Of a stretch of 64,000 nucleotides of DNA, positions 50,766 through 64,000 are shown one piece after another. The translations under genes were made by a program, and so were the position numbers. Numbering within the stretch: position 1 is the first letter of the stretch; each line of letters starts with the position of its first letter. Under the pieces are notes generated by a model, which was not told the DNA's origin, did no database searches, and was given only the letters and a program-made list of their open reading frames with translations. Where the stretch lies: positions 1 through 64,000 of the forward strand of contig CAXHJY010000830.1 of assembly GCA_964016885.1 (NCBI GenBank), in the 5' to 3' direction. Source of the DNA: Eledone cirrhosa (lineage: Eukaryota).

Positions 50766-53000
50766 TCATCAACGTCATCATCATCAACGTTTAACGTCCG
50801 TGTTCCACGCTTGCATGGGTTTGGACGGGGGTAGTCCCACTTGAGGCAAGAGTGATTGTCTTGCTCGCATAGGACTGTCTGGCAGGTTTTCTACAGTTGG
50901 ATGCCCTTCCTAACACCAACCACATTTACAGTGTGGGTCTGGGAGGTTTTTACCGTGTTGCCTACACGGCCACATTACAGCGTGGACTGTGTGTTTTTTT
51001 GTCGTGACACCTACACGATCTCATTTGTTTCGGCCTGGATGGTGTGGCACCAACATAACTTTACATAGAACGGGGTGGTGTGGATGGGGTGGGGGTGGTG
51101 GTGGTGGGACGGGGGGGTATTTTGTTAGAGATGCCTACTGGCTGTAGTAGGTTTTACTATGTATTTAGGTAAGGCGGGTCTTCTCTGCTACTGAGTACCG
51201 CCAAAGGTCTCGGTCCAGTGACATTGTCTTGGAGAGGTGTAAGTGTGTGAGGTCGGAGTTTATCAGCTCGTCCCAGGTTTTTCTAGGTCTGCCTATTCCG
51301 TGGCTACCGTCTATCTTTATTGCCCTGCACTTTGTTATACAGCTATCGACTTTCATGCGCATCACGTGTCCATACCAACGTAGCCTTCTCTCGAGTAAAC
51401 AACATCTGATCCCTCTTATTTCTAATTTTTTCCTTAGTTCGTTTATGCTTTGCCGTTCACGTATATTACTGTTACACATCCAGCGGAGCATGCAAGCTTC
51501 GTTCCTCTCTAGTCTGCGTATATCCTCTGCACACAATGCCCAGGTCTCACTGCCATGCAACATTGCTGTTCGTATGCAGGCATCGTACAACCTGCCTTTC
51601 ATTTTTAGGGAGAACCCTTTAGCAGCTAATAGTGGTATAAGCTCTCTGAACTTTTTCCAACCAGTTCTGACTCTAGCTACTGTACTTTCAGAGCACCCTC
51701 CCCCACTGCTGATTTTATCACCCAGGTAACGGAAGCTGTCCACTATTTCTATAGAACCCTCTGCGCAATTGAAAGAGCTAGTATTTTGTGGGCACTTGCT
51801 GCTACTTATTGCACCAGAGCACCGGCCACATGTAAAATCTATGTTCTTAGTTAGCTTACCTGTGATCCCACTACATCTTTTATGCACCTATACTTTGCAT
51901 TTAGGACATAAAATGGAGTTTCTACCTACGCCTTTCCTACACACCGAGCACGACCATTTCCCAGAAGGGACCGCCGCCTTATTTTCTTTCCTACAAACTA
52001 GAACTTTAGTCTTAGCCAGGTTAATTTTAAGTCCTTTTGATTCTAGGCCGTGCTTCCATGTTTGGAATTTCTTCTCTAGCTCGGCCATTGATTCCGCTAT
52101 GAGTGTCAGGTCGTCTGCGTATAGGAGTTCCCATGGGCAGCCGGTCTTGAACTCCTCTGTTATAGCCTGAAGGGCAATAATAAATAGTAGGGGGCTGAGA
52201 ACAGAGCCCTGATGGACGCCAACTTTTACGCTAAACTCTTCACTATATTCGTTGTTAATTCTAACCTTGCTGACTGTTTCTTTATACATGGCTTGTATAG
52301 CTCTCACAAGCCATTCGTCAACGCCTAATTTTCTAAGAGCCCACCAGATAATGGAGCGGGGGACTCTGTCGAAGGCTTTCTCCAAGTCGACAAAAGCTAA
52401 GTAGAGGGGTTTACCTTTAGCTAGGTACTTCTCCTGTAGTTGTCGTACAATGAAAAGAGCGTCTGTGGTACTTTTGCCTGACACAAACCCGAACTGCATT
52501 TCATCTAGGTCAATTCTCTCTCTGATTAGTTGCGCTATTACTTTTTCCGTGACCTTCATGACCTGGTCGATTAATTTAATGCCTCTATAGTTACTCCTAT
52601 CTAGGGCGTCTCCTTTACCCTTATAACAGTTAACGATGATGCTGCTATGCCAGTCCTTCGGAACAACCCCATTCTGTACGACTTGGTTAACTATGCGGGT
52701 GACTATGGTGTGTCCCACCGTGCCAGATGCCTTCAGCATCTCAGCAACTATTTCCGAAGGCCCAGCCGCCTTACCCGTCTTCATATCCTTGATTGCCTTA
52801 CTTATTAAACTCCCCTTGACTAACACTGCTGGTCCCTCTATTGGGTCGATATGGGGGAGACTGTCTTTCTCCCATTTATTCTCCTCATTTAGTAGCCTTT
52901 CATAGTGACACTTCCAAGCTACCTTCTTATCAGCGTCGGTGATGGCAAGTATGCCATCATCGTTAAGTACACACTTCTCCCCGACAATATCACGGTTTTC
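50766..53000 (-). mobile_element. Young 5'-truncated RTE-clade LINE, long-3'UTR subfamily
   Basis: RT ORF plus ~400-nt 3'UTR ending ACCCATGCAAGCGTGGAACACGGACGTTAAACGT(TGA)n; CpGs retained; no clear TSD. Confidence 0.95.
51165..53000 (-). pseudogene. RTE ORF2 (reverse transcriptase and C-terminus; endonuclease lost by truncation)
   Basis: One frame from 53000 (ENRDIVGEKCV) through NYRGIKL, FVDLEKAFD, GVHQGSVLSPLLF, LLYADD, FRYLG, RRLRWYGHV, GRPRKTW; single TAG at 51888-51890 in place of a Trp. Confidence 0.95.
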
Positions 53001-55079
53001 ATATATAAATAAACCAAAAATGGAACAATAAATGTACTTGTAATATAGTGGACATAAACTTCCGAACTATGTTCCGAACTATGTAGATATCAAGGAATAG
53101 GACACTTGATGATTGGATACAAAACCCACTGAAATGTAGTGGAGATGTAAATATTTAAAAAAAAGTTTCTTCTCTAAACATGAGGCTTTTAGTACAGTAA
53201 TTTATAATTGTAGATAAATAAATGTCAAAAGTTGACAGACAATGATAATAAAAGGTAGTTCAAATGTCAAAACATTCAATGAAATCAAAATGGATAAAGA
53301 TAGTTAAAATAAGGAAATAAAAAAAACAACAAAACAATCATTTTGACAAACACTAACCTAAAGGAATAAACAAAGCTACGAAAATAATTATTTCCATTTT
53401 AAACTATATGACTATAACTCAGAGAAAAAAGGCTGGTAATATGAATTCATATATAGACTTATGAATAATTGTGATAGAAAAATTTAAAAAAAAAAAGCAT
53501 TTCTTTGTTTTACAGCTTTAAAATCATATTGCTGAAATAAGTTGATTTCAGATTAATATTCTGATTGATTGAAAACTCATAGCCTAATAAACACTCCAAA
53601 ACACAGACAATATAACTGGTGAAAAAAATAACTAAAACAACAGTTTCTATCAATGTGGTCTGATAGAACCAGTTTTTATTTTATAATTGGATTATAGAAA
53701 AAAATGATAATTTGTTTTACAAATTAGAAGATAGTATACTTTCTTTGTTAATTTCTAATATATATTATAATTATTAAATCATAACTTTGTAATATATATT
53801 TTGTGATTTCCTTCTGAATTAAACAGTTTTAAAGTGTGATTAAAAAGAAACAGTACTATTCTAAACAAAACGGATTGTATTACAATCAAATAGGAAGAGG
53901 GGAAACAAAACCACATTACTTTATCTAGTTAAAAAAATAATTTTCTCATTACCACTTTGAACCCACTGACCCAAGAATTCCAGTGAGGGTGGTGTGACTA
54001 AATCCAACCAGCCTGGTATTCCATGAGGTGTACGATTATATCCCACAAGGCCAAAATTCTATTCTGTAATGCACCTCTATTTATTACTATTGTGTATACA
54101 GATAAACAATCATTTTACATTGTTGCTTTAGCCTGAGTTCTTCAATACAGCATTGCTGAGATTTTTTATTAAGCCTATACATTTTTTTTTTTTGCTCCAC
54201 GTTTAACTGACATATATCATTATAACTTTCCCTTTTCAGTGATTTTCTTGCAACCAGCTAGGGTGAGGGACTGTATACATGGCACAAGATCAGGGCTCAA
54301 TAGTCTATTAAGTGAAACGCATCAAGCATCCACATACTAAATCTAAAAAAAAACAATACTATTTCCCATATTTTGATGGTTTTACCTAAAAAGAAATATG
54401 CAGGAAAATAATAAATTTATTTCTTCAGAAAGAAAATTCAAATGTTTGCTTAAAAAACAAAAAAAAACACACACAAAGAAAAAAAAAAAATTAAATATTC
54501 GAGTAGGTCAAAGACATTTGCAGAAACTTGGTATATATATATATATATATATATTGAACATCAGCCAAAATATATGAAAATTAATGATGCCTACTAAATT
54601 AAGCATACAAAATTTATTACTTCAACAAAGATTTCTTACAAGAACTGAAGAGATCCAAAAATTTCACACAAAAACAGTTATCTGTTTCTTTCACCTGGTA
54701 TATCTATCTTGGAATATTTCCCAGTTTTGTACGATTTGTAATTTCGGATATCCTAATATGGTTTACAGTATCCCCCTTCCCCCACCTCTCTCTCTCTCGC
54801 TAATTCAGAATCCTCTGGAATAGTTCCACAATATTTGCAGTGCTTTGTGAATATATGCAAAGATACAGTCTTATTGTTATATCAGCTGCTAATACTTGGT
54901 ATAAATGATATTTTGCATCAAAATACTTCAGTTTTCTGTTGTAGCAGGCAATAAGCTGCTTGAATTTCAGTGACAGCTAGTGTTTAATTCACTGCAGCGC
55001 TGAGTGCTGCTATATGAGTTATGCTATAAAAAGTTCTATTGAAATATTATTATTCAGACCCAATGTGTTATAAGGAAAA

Positions 55080-55265
55080 AGATCCGAGACCTCATTTGTT
55101 CAGACCATTCCTGATACTCTCTATTAGTTGGAACTCCTGGCAGAAAGAATGATGCAAAATAAATTGTCTTGCTCGAGGAGATAATGTATCGCCTAGTTAA
55201 GGAATTGAACTGGCAACCTCACAATTATGAATCCAATTCTCTAACCACTAAGCCATGCACCTCCA
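55080..55265 (-). mobile_element. tRNA-derived SINE
   Basis: - strand TGGAGGTGCATGGCTTAGTGGTTAGAG (A box) ... AGTTCAATTCC (B box). Confidence 0.65.
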
Positions 55266-55799
55266 TTATGTTTTACTGTATATATATTTTCATTATAATA
55301 TGATTTTCCAATGTCTCATTTACTTCAACAATACCTGTTGTTAAACTATTTCTTCTTTATTTGAAGCAGATGTTACTCTTTAAAACCTGATTACATGACT
55401 GACAAAATATATAATTGCTATTACAAAGTGCAAAGGTTGTGTGTGACAATCGGGCTTAGAGATCATTCAATCAGATTAAAATGTGTCTGTAATTTCAATC
55501 TAAGAGAAAGTGCATTTCTCTAGTTCACAGTTTAAGTGGAAGAAAGCTAAATAATACTATTTGCAGTGACTGATGTTAGTAAGAAAACATTTGACTATAA
55601 AGTTCTGTTCCAATATTTCTAACAAACATCTCAACAGATAAAGCTCATCAAACCATATATATAGAAGGTCCATGATGAAATGTGATGTGTATTTGCAAAC
55701 CTAGAGAAGCCAAAATTCTATCCAGGTTTGAACACAGTGAATTTCTGTATGTGTGTAGGAGAGAGAGAGAGAAAAATTCAACTCCAGTACTTGACTGGT

Positions 55800-55920
55800 A
55801 GAAGAAGAAAAGAAAAAGAGAAAAAGAGGAACAAGAGAAAAAGAAGAAAAAGAAGAAAAAGAAAAAAAAGAAAAAAGAAAAGAAGAAGAACAACAACAAG
55901 GACAAGAAGAAGAATGATGA
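55800..55920. repeat. GAA/GAAAAA purine-rich low-complexity tract
   Basis: Read directly; source of the K/R-rich and F/S-rich spurious ORFs. Confidence 0.9.
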
Positions 55921-56256
55921 ATGAATACCACAAGGCATTATATCCAAATGTATTGAATACTAAAATATTTTAAAGAGAGAGTGAGCAAGTGTAAGATAGA
56001 GGTAGGTGAGTGATAACAAGTGTGAGATAGAGGTGGGTGAGTGAGAGCAGTGAATTATAATGCCTATAATAGATTACAGTTTTACAGTTCAACTAAGAAC
56101 ACTAGAGAGAATGCATGTTGTTTAAATGGGTGTTTTGAAAATCACTATTTTAAAAGTATTTTCTCAAGAAAAACAGATGCATGAAAAAAAATGTACAATC
56201 AGAAATAAGCAAATGGCTAACACATACACACATATATACATACATATATATACATT

Positions 56257-56313
<57 letters not shown>

Positions 56314-57684
56314 TATATATATAGTAACACCTAAAAGACTTTTAGATGAGGTTTTTCTAATCAGGTATAATATTAAAAGCTTCTTACTAATGCTTTAGAA
56401 AAAAAACAAAAAATAACATTTTTAACTCCATATACAACAAAAGCGTGCATGTGAAGAACGAATTGATTGTACTTTTTGAGAAGCATGTAGATTAAAGGCT
56501 GGAAAAATATATAAATGCATGGTGGGTTATTTAATTATAAAACAAAAAAACTAATTGATTATATTTTAGACAGAAGACCTAAAAATCTAAAGTGTCAGCT
56601 GTAATAGAACTTTAAAAAGAAATATTTGTATTTCATTAAAATAAACTGAGATATATTCACTCAATAAATAAAAAAAAAAAAAAAAACATTTATTGAAGAG
56701 AAATCAAATTCACTTTCCAAAATCTTAAATACTAATAATTGATAGTTGTATTAAGTGCTATTTTTTTACTTAATCCATCTGCTCAATAGGGGAGGGATGT
56801 CTTTCTGTACTAAGATGAATAATTAGTTTTACCTTATGCAAATAGTAAGAGTGAGAGTTGGAGTACATTAATCCTCCAACTGTTGCACTGTGACAAGCAT
56901 AATTCTTCAAACTAACCTATTACTAAAACATCTGCCTGAAAATGGATAGATGCATTTGACCATGTCTGAAAGATTGGGAACAACAACAATATGGATATTG
57001 TAAGTAACACTTAACCTGGACAGATCAACCCAAGGAGTCAGTGATACATGTCCTGATAGATCATCAAACACATGCTCAAATGAGAAAGCTTCACTGTACT
57101 CATATAACCTGCTAGAAGTAGCAGCCAATCATCATCAAATCACACCCAAGCAACTTCAAGAAAACAATACAGTATTGCACAATTATCTGATATTTAAAAA
57201 ACATCAACACACAAACACCAACAAACACGTGTGCGCTCGAGATGAGACAAGGCAGGATTGCTTTGAAATTGGCATGCCATGGGTTAAATGACACATATTT
57301 ATCTAAATAATTGCGTATACAACACAATGATGAACTATGATAATAATGAAGTTTATAAAAGTGTTATGTGTACTTAGCTACACTTTATTGAATTAAGTAG
57401 ATAACTGGAAAATCTGCCATTGAACTGGTCACAAATATATGTCACATAATGCCTTCAGAAGATGGCATATCAATTCTTCACATATAAATGATCTAAAGTA
57501 ATGTAGAACAAAATATTGTTTATTTTTAACATATATCATATATTTGGGAACAATAGCATTGTTAGTTCCAGCTTTCAAATGAGCTAATATTAGGTACACT
57601 ATTTTTGACAACAGTGAAATACAGATATGACTTTTATGTTTAATACTTCAATTTATCTGAAATCGCTTGATAATGTGTATATCC

Positions 57685-58330
57685 ATCCTTATCCATCCAT
57701 TTTCTATGGGTTTGATGGGTTGTTATGGTCCAAGTTACTTCTACACAGATCAGGAAGACTAATGTCTCCTTTTTATGTTCCAGTTGTGACATAGTTTCTA
57801 TGGATGGTTTCCATCTCTGACATAAGTCATTTTTTCATGGCACTATGATGAGTGATGTTATTTTGTGTTCCACAAACCCAAAGAGTCCTCGCTACCCTAT
57901 ATTGTAATGCTTGATTGCCAATCATTTTGCAGAGTATACCAGGTTCATTTTATCAAGCCATCAACACAGGAATTGTCCCCTACAAGCTTAATGAGCCCTC
58001 ACTACCCCAAGATATCTCCATTTAAAGCAGACTCTTTAATCACATATCTTTTTAGGTCAACTTCTTCCAAAGGTTCCATCCATTTCAAGTATTTAGAACA
58101 TTTTTATATATATGCCATCCCCATATCCATTATACGCCCACCATAGTGCAATATTCTCTGTTGCAAGATGCTTTTTGATTCCTCTTATAATCAGGATTTC
58201 TGCCAATTCATTTGTGCACACTACCAAACATCCAAGGGAGTATGCTAGCTTCATTTCTTTCTAGAGGTAACTACAATAAGTATTCCACATTCAAATCCTA
58301 CAGTCACACTAACGTGCAGCTCATGGCAAA
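57685..58330 (-). mobile_element. Heavily degraded RTE 3' fragment
   Basis: 3'UTR motif AGTTTCTATGGATGG..TCC and ATGCTAGCTTCATTTCTTTCTAG (LERNEASML on the - strand). Confidence 0.55.
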
Positions 58331-60344
58331 TCATACAATCATCATAGAGCATGTCCTTTCCTTTGAGAGATTTCAACTCACAGCCTATGGATATGTGTGG
58401 GGGATTAATACATTATCCACTGAATGATTTGCTTCTACATGTAATATATAAGGAGAATACAAAGAAAAAAAAAACAGTAGCCATTTTTATTTTTACATTT
58501 TCCTTACATATATAACTATTATATTACATGTAACTTTCAATGTCTTTTCAGGCATTAAGAGTCCAAACTGATAATTTTGTCATAAGATAAGATTTCAATG
58601 CTTTTTCTACAGTATCATGGAAAGTAACACATCAGAAACAGAATATTTATATGAGAAAATGTTATATAAACGAGTTCCCTTAAATTGACCACATTAAATT
58701 TATCAAATTCCATCATATATCTGAAAACGAATTTAACATTAAGACAAATATATGGAAATATATTCTATTTGAAGGTATATAAACATCATGGAAATATATT
58801 TTGAAGATTTGTGTTACAATATTTACATTTCTGAAATAATAAATTGATTGAAAATTCTTCAGCTTAATACATATGCCATAGAAATGGAAAGAATAAGAAA
58901 AGAAAGGAATCAATTGAATTTCACCAATCATGAAAATATATCAGGATATAACATCAAGAAACACAGATAGTTGGAAATGTTCTATTAAAAAATTTCCTAC
59001 TTAAATGTTTTTTTGTCAGTCTAATATCTTAACATACATAGAATTTACAATTAGATTTTGTGTATATGTGAGTGTGTGTGTATTCAATCAATATATGTTA
59101 TATATATATACAGAGAGAGAGAGAGAGTAATACACACACACTATAAGGATATATATATATATCCTTGCTAGCAGAGTCTACAGACATTAAATGATCATAT
59201 GTATGCATCTATATCAGTTTATACATGCCTGTATATGTGTCTGTTTGTGTATAGACAGACACAAAGACGGAGACTTCCCTTCCTATCTTGCCAGATTTGC
59301 TTGCTATTCAGTAGCAGTGGCCAGATGCATGAAGAAAGAAAGAAAGAAAAAAACGATTCCACCACATGATTTGAACAAACCAATAAAAACAAACTTCACT
59401 TAACCAATGACAAACAGCCTTATTAAGAAGCTATGGCTACCTTATCACTTGGTACTAAGTGTCTGAACAATCAGGCAAAATTCATGTTTGATGTGGTGTG
59501 ACAGTTTCTAGTCAGTTCTTATTTTAACTTACTGTCTTCCTAGCTGGGCCAGGGGACCATCTCTTACACTTACATTCCACCTTTTGTATGGTTTCTATGG
59601 TTGGGTGCACTTCCTGACATCAACTAGTGGGCATTTTATCATGGCACCAACAAGAGAGAGCTAATCATATCCTTTGTGTCTCCCTCTAACCAACATTGTC
59701 ACTGTCTAATTGTCAACTAATTTAAAAAGTGCACTGGATGCATTTTCTTTTTGTACCAACACTAAAATGATTGTCTTGTCTCCTGCAAGAATAAAGAGAC
59801 CTCTTTACTTCACATAGCCTCCATTCTTTCAGACAGACAGGGTTAATAGAAGGGAGTTGTAGAAGAAGATTAATGGGCAGAGAGTATGAATATAAAGGCC
59901 ATGGGGAAAATAGAGGGAGTACTGGGGCAGAAAATAATTATGTTAGTTGTTGAAAGTGAGAGGAGTTTTAATAGATAATATCATGGGATCATAATGGATT
60001 AGCAATAAAGATGAGTCATGGTAAAGCTGGCTTAATTATTAGAGTGTAATAGTTCCTCATATTAAACAGTGAAAATCCATGTAACTCATTAGTTAAAACA
60101 ACTCAGATCAACTGGTGGGAATAGTAAATTTTCACATTCTTCAGCATTTTACTTGCGGCTAATATTTCTATCACCATATTTCACCACAGCAAGTTGAACT
60201 AAGCAGAATATTTAACAAACTATACTACACTCTAAAACAAGCCTGTAGATAATGTGTTGTTCTTCACAGACCAAGGACCAAAAGTATAACAATAATTATT
60301 TCAATAGCAGGTTCACTGATAAAATGACAAGTCAGTCAATCATA

Positions 60345-60652
60345 TTGGTGTCCTCCCCACAGCCCCGGCGGACAGATAGAGAAGGTGTTTCTCCGGAGGA
60401 TGGCAAGGGAGACATGCTGGAAAAGCCATTCCAACTTGCAAGGCTCACACCTGCGTCTGGCCAGCTCAGCGCCTATGGTGGTGAGTAGGGAGATAGCCCT
60501 AGGGCCGAGGACACCAGAAGTCTCCACTGCCAAGGGTACAACTGCAAACCTGTCGGAGAGCGACCGGTATTTGGAGAGTTTAACCTCCTCAGTCCAACGT
60601 GCAGCAGAACCTGGGTTAGTCGCAGACTGCACCAGGTTGCAGCTGGAGAAAA
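60345..60652 (-). mobile_element. CRE-clade-like (RLE-type) non-LTR retrotransposon fragment
   Basis: PGSAARWTEEVKLSKYRSLSDRFAVVPLAVETSGVLGPRAISLLTTIGAELARRRCEPCKLEWLFQHVSLAILRRNTFSI; same family as 28769-29013. Confidence 0.8.
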
Positions 60653-63600
60653 TATAAAATATATTTTAATCAGAGAGCAAAGCAATGATTACTATTATAT
60701 TTAGATATATTCAAAAGTAATCAGTAAAAATACAAGCTACATGTGTGTATGTAGGTGCACATCCATATATAATTGCAACACATGGTATATACTAATAGCA
60801 ATACCTAAAGTTGGGTTGCACAACCTAAATTTTAATATATACAAGAATAGAGTGAATATTTCAAAGGAGAAATATGTTTATCATAATAGAATGAACAGCA
60901 AGAACTTAAAAATAAAAAAAAAATAATGTAAGGTGGGTGTACTGAAAAAGGTCAGTGCATACAGTGTGAAGGGAGACAAATGAAAATCAGTAAAAGAAAA
61001 GTAACAGAAAGAGACAGGTGATGAGTGTAGAAATAGATGGGAGATGAAGGAAATACATTTAGGAAATGAGTAGAAAAAAAAAAAAGACATCGTTTATGTG
61101 GGTGTGTACATGACAATTACAAAGGAAGGTATAAAGTGCAATAATAGAAAGATATCTGTCCAATGCCTGTCTTAGTATATTTCCATATGTTGAATAGCTG
61201 AACATAATAGCTGGCATATATTTCATTACATGCCTGTCAAGTTTTCTATTAATTCTTCAGGCAAAATTTGCACCTAAAATTTTAAACAAACTCTTTCCAG
61301 CTATGTTTTATTGGCTACCATCTAATAGATGACATTTACTTAATTCTCATTCTTTTAATACCAGCTGTTCAGACTATCTAGGCCTTTCTATTTTAAATCC
61401 AAAAGTTGACGGTTCAAATAAATAAATAAATAAAACCTATGATCATTTGTAAACTATGAGTAGAAATTCCAAAAATTGTGACACTTGAAATATTTGGAAA
61501 CATTATTAGTTCATGACTCACTGAATAAGTGACATTGACCTTAAAATATACCTTATATAAACAAATAATATCATATATGCTACAGTGATTCTCTAACTCT
61601 GACCTTCTAGTTATTTTGAACAGTAGCCAATGTTATTTTGTTCAGAACTACCTTTGTATTTACACAGTAAAAACATAACAAATGGAAACAACATTTTAGA
61701 GGGAGAAAAAAACAAACATTTTATGTGTAAATTAGTTCAAATAGTATTCACATTTCTACCACTTCAGTGAATATATTCATATACCCTCGAGTCATTTTTC
61801 TCTTTGCCTTTTTAAGAAACAAAAAAGTCTCTTTCCTTTCATCCACTCTCAATTTTTATCTGCTTCATTATCAATTCCAATGTACCCAATCATATGAAAA
61901 TGGTGTAAATGTATTAGTATGCATATATATATATATATATATATACCCCGCTCCCACCGAAAACCCCACCAACCTCCATAAATAAGCCAAAACTCACCCT
62001 GCTGAAGTAATATACTAACATATCTTCCTCTGCTTGTCAGTTCAGTCAGTCATAATATAGAAACTATAATATAGACTGAGATAGAAAGACTCCCACACAT
62101 ACAAACTAGCAGAAAACTGCACAAAACAGTATCTCTACTGGTTGTTTTTATACCATTTGTATTTTTCCTCTAAATATAGATTAAATTGTATATAAAACAT
62201 TTATTTCATTTTACTTTATGAAGTAATATTCAAAATTTTACTCAGAGCTGATGTGCATGCATCATGCCTGTCTTGCTTGTGATATCTAGGACTAAAATCT
62301 GAAAAGCTAGCTCAACCTGTTGTTGACTTAACTCTAGTGGTCATCACATTTTTCTTCTCAAAAGTCTTAAAATATATATTTTAATAAACACTATCATGGT
62401 ACATTATCTTTTGCTATGTAAGCTGATGAACAATGAAGGAAGTGCTCCCCTTGAGAGCTACCTTATCATATATTGATAGTGAAATAAAGACAGAAATATT
62501 TAAACTAATAACAAGCAATTCTATTTGCCCTTATTACCATTGAAAAGATCCTCGACAGGATCTTTAGTGGGTGGTGAGAAAGTCAGATATATATGTACTG
62601 AAACTCTTGAGTAATCAAAGCTATGTATAATGGTATGATAAGCAAGGTAGAGATTTTAACAGTGAGGTATAATCTGCATGGATCAAATGTGTGCAGAATG
62701 ATCTCAAAGTTAAAAGACTTTTCTAAAAAAAACTCCAGTACTAAATCAATTTCAATCTATGATGTTACTTCAACAATCTATTACCTACAGACTTGTTACA
62801 AGCCAATGGCTTCTATTCCCAATAATCATTAAAAGTCTGTTGTTGTTTTTTATGGTATGTTTATATATAACATTTAAGTTAATATCAATAGAAAATACCA
62901 TTGAACCAGAATGCAAATTCTATGAAAGATACTCTAAGTAACTAGAAGATAAAATGAAATGTAGTCAGGTTTCCACTTAAATAACCGAGGGGGATTTTGG
63001 CATCATATTTAAGCTTACATAGAAATTGAATTTCAACATATATCTCAAATGGGATATATGTAGAAATTCTATCCAATATTTCTTATGTCACTAGAATACA
63101 AGAACACAACATGCAAGTGAAACAAATATGAGTACAATAAAAATATATAATATATAGAAATTGACATTAGAAAATAATAATCCATGAAGATTTGAATGCA
63201 AGACATAATCTTACTTCCAAATGCTTTCTTTTTATAGAAATCATGCACTGGAATTAGAACAATAAATATTTATATTCCTGCAGCAAATTGTCTATTGTAC
63301 AAGTAAAATTTTAAAAATGGATAGTACTACATGAAATCAAAATAGAATTATATATAAAACCAGAAATTAAGAGGCACAAAAAGGCAAATCATCCTCATCA
63401 CCATTATGTTAATTTTGGTCATCATGTGTACTGAAGACAGAGAAATATGTCTTTGTATTCACATCCATCACAGCATTATATACAATACAATGCAAACAGC
63501 AAAATTAGATTAAATTATGGAAGCTTTCTAATAACAAAAGGCAAAGCAGTTACATCATACTTGAAATTAACTATGAATTCTATCAGGACGTGGTCATTTA

Positions 63601-64000
63601 ATGATTTTAAAATTCAGTAAGGTGGTTCGCATCAACAAGGGCATCCAGCCAAAGAAAACCAAGGCTAAAATGAGCATATGAGGAAGACGTAGTCACTTGA
63701 CCTGTCTGGCATTCTAATATGACACCCTGTCTAGACAATGTAATCATAAAAAATATGTTAAATATATATTAAAACATTATATATGGGGTGGTGACCAAGC
63801 ATGGCCTCAGCCTGTGGACTGGAACATGAAAATGAATAAATGAATATGTGTGTCTACGTGTGTATCTATATATACATACACATGTATATAATGTGTATAT
63901 GAACATATATATAGCCCTCCAGGCTATAACAGAGGAGTTTAATACTGGCTTCCCATGGGAACTTCTCTATAAAGATGATCTGGTTCTTATAAATGAATCC

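Noticed and set aside
51229-52905. + strand ORFs of 166, 133 and 89 aa (likewise 35365-35721 on -)
   Set aside because: Antisense shadows of transposon ORFs
55648-55973. K/R-rich and F/S-rich ORFs
   Set aside because: Produced by the GAA low-complexity tract
57015-57108. FSFEHVFD as a kinesin motor motif
   Set aside because: The downstream Q..VY/F and other motor motifs are absent

Overview
AT-rich eukaryotic (metazoan) non-coding DNA with many (TA)n/(CA)n/(CT)n microsatellites. It reads as the interior of a very long intron or an intergenic stretch. The repeat inventory (RTE-tailed SINE-like repeats ending CCATGC-TA-GCATGGAAAA..GGACGTTAAA(TGA)n, tRNA-head SINEs, TA-targeted hairpin elements) resembles an octopus/coleoid cephalopod genome; this is inference from recalled repeat signatures, not a search result. 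I recognise no intact cellular gene, only a few weak micro-exon candidates on the - strand. Firm calls: a near-complete DD37D (maT) Tc1/mariner element (34585-35870), a deleted mariner (31269-31987), a young 5'-truncated RTE LINE with a PHD-like Cys/His finger (50766-53000), many older RTE remnants, two CRE-clade fragments, a CR1 fragment and a non-autonomous Helitron. Most notable: (i) an RTE insertion with a twin-priming-type 5' inversion and 9-bp TSD; (ii) two unrelated fold-back hairpins in TA runs, each followed after exactly 19 nt by the same 15-mer AGTATTGAGTACTCT; (iii) two more long hairpins; (iv) a ~90-bp inverted repeat with a perfect 27-bp core whose arms lie 3.7 kb apart around a candidate micro-exon. 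Boundaries of degraded repeats are approximate.
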